A DNA stretch of 28,177 nucleotides from an uncultured Lachnospiraceae bacterium (GTDB taxonomy: Bacteria > Bacillota > Clostridia > Lachnospirales > Lachnospiraceae). Position 1 is the stretch's first letter, and the number at the start of each line of letters is the position of its first letter. Positions 8,881 to 16,770 of the stretch are shown in pieces. The notes beneath the pieces were generated by a model. It was not told the origin of the DNA, did no database searches, and saw only the letters and a program-made list of their open reading frames with translations. The position numbers and the translations under genes were made by a program. The stretch lies in NCBI GenBank assembly GCA_902766845.1, contig CACXFD010000028.1, positions 1 through 28,177 on the forward strand, written 5' to 3'.

Positions 8881-10224
8881 TTATTCTTCCGTACCGCGGT
8901 CCGATTCCTCGGTCTCCGGTACCGTGCTTTCCGGTTCTGTCTGCCCTTCGGCGGTCTCGTCCGTTTCCGACTCGGTGCTTTCCGGCTCCGCGGCCACGAG
9001 GACCGTGACCGGCTGATACGAGGTGATCTCATACGCGCCGGCTTCGAGCGTCACCTGCGGCTCCAGGCGGTGCGTGCCGGCGTCCAGTCCGCCGACCGCT
9101 GCGACCGGATGCAGGCCGGCCACCGTCACATGTTCCAGGTCCTCCGCGAGCCCGCGCAGCGTCACGCTCCCGGCCGACCCGTCCGCGATCTCATAGAGGA
9201 AGCCGGGCTCCCGCCCCTCCAGCGTGATCTCTTCGGGTTCGAACGAGAACGTACGGCTCTCGAGCTTCTCAATGACCAGCGTGACGGTCAGCGACCGCTC
9301 CGCGTCCGCGGCGAGGCTGATGCCGTCCGGCAGGAACTCCGTCAGGTCCAGTACGACCACGCGGTCCGACGAGGCGCCTTCCACCGACAGCCGGTCCGTA
9401 TCCACGACCAGGCTCGTAAAGTTCCCGAGGGCCGATTTCAGTCCGTATACCGTAGCGGTGGCCTGGCTCAGGACCGCCTCGCTGTAGAGGTATCCTTCCG
9501 CAGCCGTCCCGCTGACCGGGCCGAGCACGATCGGGACCGTGCTGGATTTCAGGATCTGCATCGAAACGCTGACCGTATCCGTGCTGAGCTCCAGCTGCTG
9601 GTCGGACAGCACGACCGCGTCTCCGTTCTTGTCATAGAGCTGGACCGCTCCGTCCACGCTCACCGCCCCGACCTGATCCGTCACGTCCACGACTACCGAC
9701 GCGCGCCCCAGGCGGGCCAGGTTCCGGGCCGGGCCGGTCACATGGACCGAGGCGGGCGAGGCGGCCTGACTCACGACCGTGTAGCCGTCCGCCAGCGTGC
9801 CGCGCGTATCGATCTCGACCGGAAGCTCCAGCGAATCGAGCTCATCGGTGGTGATCCGCGCGACCGTGGTCCGCAGCGTCACGGTGTTCTCCCGGATGGA
9901 GCTGTCGTTGATCCGCATATGGATGGGCAGCGTCCCGGTATCCGGATACCATTCATTCATGTCCACGTACAGCGTGAAATCCGACGCGGTCACGCTGTTC
10001 CACTGGCTCTGACGGACGTTCACCATCACCGAGCCGACCGTGTCCACCGTATACGTTTTTCCGATGTTCGTCAGGACCTCTTCGTTTTCCACCGTGATCG
10101 GCAGGTTCGAGATCGTCTTGACGATGGTCGCGTCGGTGCTGTTCACGACGCCGAGCCATAAGAGGACGGCCAGCGCCAGCGACAGCAGCTTCAAGCCGAT
10201 ATTATTCGTCAGCTTTTTTGCCAT
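8881..10224 (-). CDS. cdaR: CdaR (YbbR-domain) regulator of diadenylate cyclase
   Basis: N-terminal TM 'LKLLSLALAVLLWLGVV', repeated beta-rich YbbR-like segments ('SPASVHVTGP'), acidic tail. Overlaps the cdaA stop by 23 bp. Confidence 0.88.
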   Translation of the reverse strand: MAKKLTNNIGLKLLSLALAVLLWLGVVNSTDATIVKTISNLPITVENEEVLTNIGKTYTVDTVGSVMVNVRQSQWNSVTASDFTLYVDMNEWYPDTGTLPIHMRINDSSIRENTVTLRTTVARITTDELDSLELPVEIDTRGTLADGYTVVSQAASPASVHVTGPARNLARLGRASVVVDVTDQVGAVSVDGAVQLYDKNGDAVVLSDQQLELSTDTVSVSMQILKSSTVPIVLGPVSGTAAEGYLYSEAVLSQATATVYGLKSALGNFTSLVVDTDRLSVEGASSDRVVVLDLTEFLPDGISLAADAERSLTVTLVIEKLESRTFSFEPEEITLEGREPGFLYEIADGSAGSVTLRGLAEDLEHVTVAGLHPVAAVGGLDAGTHRLEPQVTLEAGAYEITSYQPVTVLVAAEPESTESETDETAEGQTEPESTVPETEESDRGTEE

Positions 10225-11068
10225 TGCTCAGCCATCCTTTCCAGAATTGTTTCTTTTCCTGCGGCTTGGACACGCACAGGCGCATCAGCTCCGCGCGCAG
10301 GTCCTCGGGACTCAGGCCCCGGTACAGGTCCGTCTCATACGCCATCGAGATCTTGCCGGTCTCCTCCGATACGATGACCGTGACCGAATCCGTGACTTCA
10401 CTGATGCCGACGCCGGCCCGGTGACGGGTCCCGAGCGCCTTCGAGATGGTGCGGTTCTCCGACAGCGGCAGGTAGCAGGTGGCCGCGGCTACGCGGTCTC
10501 CGCGCACGATGACGGCGCCGTCATGCAGCGGCGTGTTGTGTTCAAAGATATTGATCAGCAGCGGCGCGGTCAGCTTGGCGTCCACCGCGATGCCGGTGCG
10601 TTCATACTCTCCGAGCCCCACGGAACGCTCGATCACGATCAGGGCGCCGGTGCGGGCGCGTCCCATCACCTCCGCGGCCTCGACGATCTGGTTCGCGCAT
10701 TCCTCGGTGAACCCGCGGCTGCTGTTGTGCGGTCCCAGCAGGTCCCCGAAGATGCCCCGCGTGCCCATCTGCTCCAGCGCGCGGCGGATCTCCGGCTGAA
10801 AGATCACGATCAGCGCGATGATACCGACGCTGAAGATGTTCTCCACGAGCCAGAGGATCGTGTTCATCTGGAAGATGTTCGCGATCAGGATAAAGGCGAG
10901 CAGAACGAGCCCGCCCTTCAGCAGCGCCCACGTATTGGTCCTCTTGATCCAGGCGATGATCGTATAGAACAGCACCGCGAGGATCAGGATCTCCAGCACG
11001 TCGACGACGCGGATGTGCGGGATGCCCGCCGAAAAATATTTGTTGAAGAATTCGGATATCGCCTGCAT
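10202..11068 (-). CDS. cdaA: Diadenylate cyclase CdaA (DacA)
   Basis: Three N-terminal TM helices, 'IVIFQPEIRRALEQMG', catalytic 'HDGA' and 'GTRHRA' motifs, 'VSEETG'. Confidence 0.96.
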   Translation of the reverse strand: MQAISEFFNKYFSAGIPHIRVVDVLEILILAVLFYTIIAWIKRTNTWALLKGGLVLLAFILIANIFQMNTILWLVENIFSVGIIALIVIFQPEIRRALEQMGTRGIFGDLLGPHNSSRGFTEECANQIVEAAEVMGRARTGALIVIERSVGLGEYERTGIAVDAKLTAPLLINIFEHNTPLHDGAVIVRGDRVAAATCYLPLSENRTISKALGTRHRAGVGISEVTDSVTVIVSEETGKISMAYETDLYRGLSPEDLRAELMRLCVSKPQEKKQFWKGWLSNGKKADE

Positions 11069-11180
11069 GGTTCCTTCCTTTTTCCGTTTTAGCTCTTACA
11101 CGGCGGCCGCGGGCCGCCTTCGGGAACTCTCTCAAGGCTGCGTGGCCCCGGGCGCTTTCCGACCTTTTGGGCCGCTCCGG

Positions 11181-12530
11181 TCAGGTCTTGTCCGCGGTCT
11201 CCTCGCGGGAGGCCTCGTGGGCGCTGGTGCCCAGCTCTTTGGAGCCGGAGACCGATTCCACGAACATCTCCTCGAGCGCGGCCTCGATCCGCTCCTCCAG
11301 TCCCTGCGAAAGGATCTCCTCCTCTTCCGGCGCCAGATCCACCGGGGCTTCCTCGGAGGATACGGCCGGCTGATCCGGGCGAGACGTCTGATCCAGGCGC
11401 GCTGTCTGATCCAGGCGCGCTGTCTGATCCAGGCGGGATGTCTGGTCCAGGCGCGACGTCTGGTCCTTCACGGCGTCCCGGGCCTTCTGCAGGTCCATGG
11501 TGCGGCCTTCGAAGACATCCGCCTCGAACGCCTTGGCTTCCGGCACCGGCGCGGCCGCGCGCGCGGGCTCTTCCCGGTCTTCCTCCGGCCGGCTCTTCTT
11601 GCGGCCGGCGATCTGCGTGACCGTCACGTCGGTCTGGGCGACCGCGTACTTGGGCACGGCCTTGACGTAGTAATAATACGTATCGTCCTCGAACTGCGCG
11701 TATTCGGTGCGCGTGTAATCCAGCAGGAAGAAGAAGAATTCAAGGATCAGCGCCAGCACGATCGAGATCAGCGTCCCCGCGATCACCCAGCCCACCGGGA
11801 GCGAGGTGATATCCAGCGCAAAGATCCCGCCGAGGATCCCGGCGACCGACAGCACGCCGCCGGCCAGGATCGCGATCAGCCAGGCATACTGGACGCTGAG
11901 CCTGCGCACGGCCCAGACCACGATCACGACCGCGCAGAACACCGCGATCAGGAGCCACATGGCCTTGGCGTCCTTCAGGTACAGGATCAGCTGGGTATAG
12001 CGCTGCAGCACCGGCAGCGAGGACGGATCCCGCAGCGAGGAGGCGTTCGTCTGCACGAAGCGGATGATGTAGCTGATCATCACGCCCAGGCCTACCGGGA
12101 TGGCGCCGAACGGCCCCATCATCAGGCCCACGCAGATCGGGATCACGTACGGGATATGGAACATGTACAGGAGCGGGAGCAGCACCACGATGATGCTGTT
12201 TCCGGGCTGGAACACGTAGTAAGCGCAGAACATCACGAGGAAGATCACCGCCACGGTCAGGAACACTTCCGTGGACAGCGCCCACAGATGCGCGAGCAGG
12301 ACGATCATCGCGAAGAACGATACGCTGCCCCAGGAGAGCAGGCCGCAGATCACGGCCAGCAGCGCCTCCACGCCCGGGTGCCGGAGCACGGACATGTATC
12401 CGAGCGAGCGGCCCAGCATGAAGAAAGCGAGGAACGCGGTCAGCGCCCGCAGGGCGGGATCGATATAGCGGCTGTATTTTCCGTAGAACGCGCGCAGCCA
12501 GTCGCGGAAGAGCAGGACGCGAACGATCAT
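11181..12530 (-). CDS. Hypothetical polytopic membrane protein with an acidic, repeat-containing C-terminal tail
   Basis: 449 aa. About 300 aa of alternating TM segments, then 'EYAQFEDDTYYYYVKAVPK' and a low-complexity tail with DQT(S/A)RL repeats. Start overlaps the upstream stop (ATGA). Confidence 0.8.
   Translation of the reverse strand: MIVRVLLFRDWLRAFYGKYSRYIDPALRALTAFLAFFMLGRSLGYMSVLRHPGVEALLAVICGLLSWGSVSFFAMIVLLAHLWALSTEVFLTVAVIFLVMFCAYYVFQPGNSIIVVLLPLLYMFHIPYVIPICVGLMMGPFGAIPVGLGVMISYIIRFVQTNASSLRDPSSLPVLQRYTQLILYLKDAKAMWLLIAVFCAVVIVVWAVRRLSVQYAWLIAILAGGVLSVAGILGGIFALDITSLPVGWVIAGTLISIVLALILEFFFFLLDYTRTEYAQFEDDTYYYYVKAVPKYAVAQTDVTVTQIAGRKKSRPEEDREEPARAAAPVPEAKAFEADVFEGRTMDLQKARDAVKDQTSRLDQTSRLDQTARLDQTARLDQTSRPDQPAVSSEEAPVDLAPEEEEILSQGLEERIEAALEEMFVESVSGSKELGTSAHEASREETADKT
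11370..11466. repeat. Coding 18-bp tandem repeat, about 5.4 copies, encoding DQT(S/A)RL
   Basis: Plus-strand units start at 11370, 11388, 11406, 11424, 11442 and 11460 (partial); consensus ctgatccaggcgcgctgt. Confidence 0.92.
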
Positions 12531-12949
12531 TTCTCTTTCTCCTTTCCGCTCTCCGCGGTCTCGGGCGCTTCATACGACCGGGCCAGGTCTTTCAGCGTCT
12601 GCGCGTACTCCCGCAGATGCCGGCGGCGGATCCGGTAACGAAGGGTGTAGACGATCAGGCTGATCATCAGATACGCGACCAGCACGATCGCGTAATACAG
12701 CAGGATCTTGCCGGCCAGCCCGAGCAGGCCGTGGATCGTGGTCTGCGTCAGGACCTCCTCCCAGTGGTATGCCATCCACATGGCAACGCCGGCCAGAAAG
12801 CCGACCGTCACGACGATCAGCGTCTGGACCGTATGCAGGGCCACGTAATCATCCCGGAAGTACTGCCCTGTGCGCAGTTCTTTCCTCTGCTGCTTCTCCG
12901 CGTACAGCGAGGCCCGCGTCATCTGTTTGATCTTTTCGGGATCCAGCAT
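12527..12949 (-). CDS. Hypothetical two-TM membrane protein
   Basis: 140 aa with a charged N-terminus, two TM segments and a basic C-terminus. AAAGGA RBS upstream. Confidence 0.8.
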   Translation of the reverse strand: MLDPEKIKQMTRASLYAEKQQRKELRTGQYFRDDYVALHTVQTLIVVTVGFLAGVAMWMAYHWEEVLTQTTIHGLLGLAGKILLYYAIVLVAYLMISLIVYTLRYRIRRRHLREYAQTLKDLARSYEAPETAESGKEKEK

Positions 12950-13140
12950 CGGAGCGGTTCCTTTCGCGTAAATAGTCTGTAAGGCTCATCGGACGCCCTC
13001 GCGGCGGCCGCGAACGCCCTTCAATCGTACCAAAGCAAGCGCCTGCCGGTCCTGTTCCCGGGGCAGCCGCTCTCCCTGTGTACGCTTGCCCGCGGCCGGC
13101 CGCCCGTAAAACGAAAATGGCCCGTCCGCTTCGTGGTTTC

Positions 13141-13149
13141 AGTATACCA
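13141..13149 (-). promoter_or_regulatory. Extended -10 sigma-A promoter (TG-G-TATACT), probably for the 12949->12 gene run
   Basis: Minus strand reads gtgTGgTATACT in an AT-richer intergenic patch. No convincing -35. Confidence 0.5.
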
Positions 13150-13260
13150 CACATCACCCGGATTGAATAGTGCAAAATCCTGACTTTTCTGTGTCGAAAG
13201 CATTTCAAAAAGCACCCGGAATTGTGACGGATATCCAGCTCCACGGCCGCGTCCGCAGAC

Positions 13261-13293
13261 AAAAAAGCCCGCAGGCATCTGCCTGCGGGCTTT
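13261..13293 (-). terminator. Intrinsic terminator of hsp20
   Basis: 13-bp perfect stem aaagcccgcaggc / gcctgcgggcttt with a 4-nt loop, followed by a U-tract on the minus strand, 30 bp after the stop. Confidence 0.9.
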
Positions 13294-13322
13294 CGCGTTT
13301 TCCCTGTTCTGTTGTTGGCCGG

Positions 13323-13778
13323 TCAGCCTTCGATCTGGATGGTCTTCTTTTCGGGGACCTTCGGGGCGTCCTTCTTCGGGACGCACAGCGTCAGCACGCC
13401 GTTCTCGTATTTCGCCTTGATGTCTTCTTCGGTGAGGTTCTCGCCCACGTAGAAGCTTCTCTGCATCGAGCCCGAGTACCGTTCTCTGCGGATGACCTTG
13501 CCCTTCTTCTCCTCTTCCTTCTCCATGCCCTTGGCTGCGCTGACGGTCAGGTAGCCGCCGGTCAGATCCAGATGGATGTCTTCTTTCTTGAAGCCGGGCA
13601 GGTCGATGGCCACGTCGTAATGATCATCATGTTCATGGACGTCCGTCTTCATCATATGGTCCGCATGGCGGCCGTACAGCTTGCGTTCGGTCTGATCCAT
13701 ATCTCTGAATTCCGGGAATTCCGGGAAGCGGAACCAGTCATCCAATAAGTTCTCTTCAAAAATGCTGGGCAGTAACAT
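13323..13778 (-). CDS. Hsp20/alpha-crystallin small heat-shock protein
   Basis: 151 aa. 'MKTDVHE', 'IDLPGFKKEDI', 'RRERYSGSMQRSFY', 'AKYENGVLTLCVPK'. AAAGGAGG RBS. Confidence 0.96.
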   Translation of the reverse strand: MLLPSIFEENLLDDWFRFPEFPEFRDMDQTERKLYGRHADHMMKTDVHEHDDHYDVAIDLPGFKKEDIHLDLTGGYLTVSAAKGMEKEEEKKGKVIRRERYSGSMQRSFYVGENLTEEDIKAKYENGVLTLCVPKKDAPKVPEKKTIQIEG

Positions 13779-13953
13779 GATCTATTCCTCCTTTACTCAG
13801 TCGAAAAATACGTTTCTGTCGAGCAAGGGGACGGACTGTTTCGGGCCGGCCGCTTCGATGCCGTTTCCGTACCGCGCGGCCTTTTTGGCCTTTGACCTTT
13901 CCGGAGGTCCCGGCCGGTTCCCCGAACGTCCTCCGTTCCTTCGTTCTGCCTAC

Positions 13954-13982
13954 GTTATACCACACTTGTTAGCACTCGTCAA
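13954..13982 (-). promoter_or_regulatory. Sigma-A promoter of hsp20
   Basis: TTGACG (13982-13977), 17-bp spacer, TG-G-TATAAC (-10 at 13959-13954). AT-rich tract upstream. Confidence 0.88.
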
Positions 13983-13995
13983 GAGTGAGTGCTAA
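13969..13995. promoter_or_regulatory. CIRCE element (HrcA operator)
   Basis: Exact match to TTAGCACTC-N9-GAGTGCTAA: ttagcactc gtcaagagt gagtgctaa. Confidence 0.97.
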
Positions 13996-14027
13996 CAAAA
14001 TTTGTGAATTTTTTGTGTCCTCCGTCC

Positions 14028-15440
14028 TTACCGGTCTGCGCCGGCCGCAGCCGCTTCCTCCGCCAGCCGCTTCACGCGCCGGTACTGCGTGATCCGCATC
14101 GTCAAAAAGCAGGCCAGTCCGCCGATCACGTTGGAGACCGGTTCCGCGAGGAACACGCCGGTCACGCCGAAGCCCAGCGCCGGCAGGACCAGCGCGAGAG
14201 GCACCACGATGATGACCTTCCGGAGCAGCGAGAAAAAGATGCCGTGGCGCGCGTCGCCGAGGGCCTGGAAGACCATCTGCCCCGCGAACTGCAGCGCCAT
14301 GAAGACAAAGCCGAAGAAGTAGAGCCGCAGCATGCCGATGCCAAGTTCCGTCATCTGCGCGTCATCGGAGAAGATGCCGAACCACAGCCGCGGGAACAGC
14401 ACCACGGCCAGCCAGGCGAGCGCGGTATAGACCACGCCGATCACGGTGCCCGTATCGATCCCCTGCAGCACGCGCCGGTACGCCTTTGCCCCGTAATTGA
14501 AGCTGATGACCGGCTGGGACCCGCTCGTGACGCCGTTGACCGGGAGCGTGAAGATCTCGCGGACGGAATTGACCACGGTCATGATGCCCACATAGATATC
14601 GCCGCCGTAGCGCTGGAGCGTGCTGTTGCAGACGACCTGGACCAGGAAATTGGTCGCCTGGACGATGAAGTGCGGCATGCCGATCCGGATGATGTCCGGG
14701 GTGATCCCGCGGCGGATCCGCACGTTCTCCCGCCGCAGCCGGATCAGCGCGACGCGCCCGCACAGGAAGGACAGGATCCAGGCCGCGGACACGGTCTGGC
14801 TGATCACGGTCGCGATCGCCGCGCCGGCCACGCCCAGCTTCAGCACGAAGATGAACAGCGGATCCAGCACGATGTTGAGCCCGGCTCCGAGCACGATCGA
14901 CATCATGCCGATCCGCGGGAAGCCCTGGGCGTTGATGTAGTTGTTCAGGCCCGTCGCGAGCATGGACGGGACGGTCCCGATCAGGTAGATCCGCAGGTAC
15001 GCGGACGCGTAGGCGTACGATACGTCGCTCGCGCCGAACGCGTACAGGACCGGCCGGCAGAATGCGTAGCCGAGCACGGTCAGGACCGCGCCGGAGACCA
15101 GGATCAGCGCGCAGGAATTGCCGAGGATCCGCCCCGCGGTCACCTCGTCCCCGGCGCCGCGCCGCATCGAAAAGAGCGGGACGCCCCCGTTCCCGAACAG
15201 GGCCGCAAAGGCCAGGATCAGCGTGATGCACGGAAACGTGAGGCCCACGCCGGTCAGCGCCATGCCGTCCCCGCCGTTCATGTGCCCGATGTAGATCCGG
15301 TCCACGACATTGTAGAGCAGGTGGACCAGCTGGGCCAGCGTCAGCGGGACGGCCTGGGCCACGATGTTCTTCCAGACCGGGCCTTTGGAAAAATCGTTCG
15401 TATGCAGTTTTGAGGTCGTGACTTCCGGCTGTCCGCTCAT
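14028..15440 (-). CDS. MATE family efflux transporter
   Basis: About 470 aa, 12 TM pattern. 'LYNVVDRIYIG', 'NNYINAQG', 'NIVLDPLFIF', 'GVAGAAIATVISQ', 'QPVISFNYGA'. Start chosen at 15440 (GAGG upstream); alternative 15455. Confidence 0.93.
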   Translation of the reverse strand: MSGQPEVTTSKLHTNDFSKGPVWKNIVAQAVPLTLAQLVHLLYNVVDRIYIGHMNGGDGMALTGVGLTFPCITLILAFAALFGNGGVPLFSMRRGAGDEVTAGRILGNSCALILVSGAVLTVLGYAFCRPVLYAFGASDVSYAYASAYLRIYLIGTVPSMLATGLNNYINAQGFPRIGMMSIVLGAGLNIVLDPLFIFVLKLGVAGAAIATVISQTVSAAWILSFLCGRVALIRLRRENVRIRRGITPDIIRIGMPHFIVQATNFLVQVVCNSTLQRYGGDIYVGIMTVVNSVREIFTLPVNGVTSGSQPVISFNYGAKAYRRVLQGIDTGTVIGVVYTALAWLAVVLFPRLWFGIFSDDAQMTELGIGMLRLYFFGFVFMALQFAGQMVFQALGDARHGIFFSLLRKVIIVVPLALVLPALGFGVTGVFLAEPVSNVIGGLACFLTMRITQYRRVKRLAEEAAAAGADR

Positions 15441-15543
15441 GTCTCTTCGCCTCATTTCGTATGTTCCGTTCTCCGGCCGCAGGCTGTCGGCACCGGCCGT
15501 CAGCCGAGGCCGCTCCGTTGCGGCCGACCCGCAGGGCCGGCCG

Positions 15544-16224
15544 TCAGCCGTCTTCCCGCCCGAGAAGATAGTCCCGCAGGATCTCCCCGATCTTCGGGCT
15601 GTGCACGATATACGATCCGTGATCCTCGCCGGGCAGGATCCGCAGCTGCGCGCCGGGAATGCCTGCGGCGATGCGGCGCGTCTCGGCCTCGCGGATCAGG
15701 TCTCCGTCCCCGGCCAGCACCAGCGTGCGCGCCGTGATCTTCGCGAGGTCCGCGTCCGTGATCCGCGGCTCCTGAAGCATCAGCCTCGTCAGCGGATCCT
15801 TCTTCCAAAGGTACGACAGCCGGAAACGCAGCCGCAGGCCCGCCTTGACGCCGCGCGGAGTCAGATTGGCCCCGCTGACGATCAGGTCCGTGATCCGGTC
15901 CGTCTGCCCCGCGGCCAGCAGGCCCACGATCCCTCCGTCACTGAAGCCGTAGAAGACCGCGTTCCGCAGATCCAGCTGTTCCAGCAGGCATACGATATCG
16001 CGCGCCATATCCGTGTAGTGCAGGCCGCCGGCCAGCTCCGCAAGCGGCGTGCTCCGGCCGTGTCCGCGGCTGTCCGCGCCGTAGCAGGTGAAGCTTTCCC
16101 GCAGAACGGCGACGGCCTCGTCAAAGATCGTATGATCCTCGCCGTTTCCGTGCACCAGGATCAGGGGCCGGCCGGAGCCGGTCACTTCATAAAACAGGTC
16201 GATCCCGTTGACATGCGCGGTCAT
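15544..16224 (-). CDS. Alpha/beta-fold hydrolase
   Basis: 226 aa from MTAHVNG (GGGAGG RBS; ATGA overlap with the upstream gene). 'HGNGED', nucleophile elbow 'GFSDG', 'GDGD' and 'EDHGSY' fit a Ser-Asp-His triad. Confidence 0.9.
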   Translation of the reverse strand: MTAHVNGIDLFYEVTGSGRPLILVHGNGEDHTIFDEAVAVLRESFTCYGADSRGHGRSTPLAELAGGLHYTDMARDIVCLLEQLDLRNAVFYGFSDGGIVGLLAAGQTDRITDLIVSGANLTPRGVKAGLRLRFRLSYLWKKDPLTRLMLQEPRITDADLAKITARTLVLAGDGDLIREAETRRIAAGIPGAQLRILPGEDHGSYIVHSPKIGEILRDYLLGREDG

Positions 16225-16673
16225 GCTTTTGCCTCCCGGAGGTCCTTTTCCGGCGCGCCCGCGCCGGGGCCGCCGGCCCCGGCCGCTTCCCGTCGGTTCA
16301 GTTCTTTTTCGATCCGGTTCAGCGTCCCGAAGAAGCGGTGGGTCGCGATCATCGGCCCGAAAAGCGGCAGGCCCAGCGTGTTCCAGCCGAACATGTGCCA
16401 AAACGACGTGTGCGGCCCTTCGATCCCGAGCTCGGCGGCCTTTGCCTTCAGCTCCTCGGAGATCCGCGCCATCCAGACGATCGTGTACAGCGTCAGATCC
16501 GGCAGCCCCAGCAGATACGCCTGCCAGTACGGCTGCGTCTTATGGCCCAGGACCTCATCGAGCTCCTTCTGCAGGCCGCAGAGCGGCATGTAGAACAGAA
16601 AGAAGGTCCCGGCCGTGAAAAAATCGATCCAGCCGAACCAGAAGCCCGGCCGGTCGGTGTGTTTGAACTTCAT
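16221..16673 (-). CDS. DUF4234-like small membrane protein
   Basis: Two similar hydrophobic units ('DFFTAGTFFLFY', 'LTLYTIVWMARISEEL') plus 'GPMIATHRFFGTLN'. Family assignment is by recall only. Confidence 0.6.
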   Translation of the reverse strand: MKFKHTDRPGFWFGWIDFFTAGTFFLFYMPLCGLQKELDEVLGHKTQPYWQAYLLGLPDLTLYTIVWMARISEELKAKAAELGIEGPHTSFWHMFGWNTLGLPLFGPMIATHRFFGTLNRIEKELNRREAAGAGGPGAGAPEKDLREAKA

Positions 16674-16770
16674 GGTGCTTCCCTCACTGCGCGGACGCCC
16701 GCAAAAGCGTCCGCTGTGATGACCGCCTCCGGGGCGGCCTTTTGCGCCTTCCGCCGTCTGCGCCTGCCGC

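Noticed and set aside
13884-13897. GGTCAAA-GGCCAAA heptads in the hsp20 leader resembling a CtsR box
   Set aside because: CtsR sites need two heptads separated by 3 nt; these abut with no spacer and lie well downstream of the promoter.
13756-13965. 69-aa ORF spanning the hsp20 leader (possible leader peptide)
   Set aside because: Its start codon lies inside the promoter, upstream of the predicted TSS, so it would not be on the transcript.
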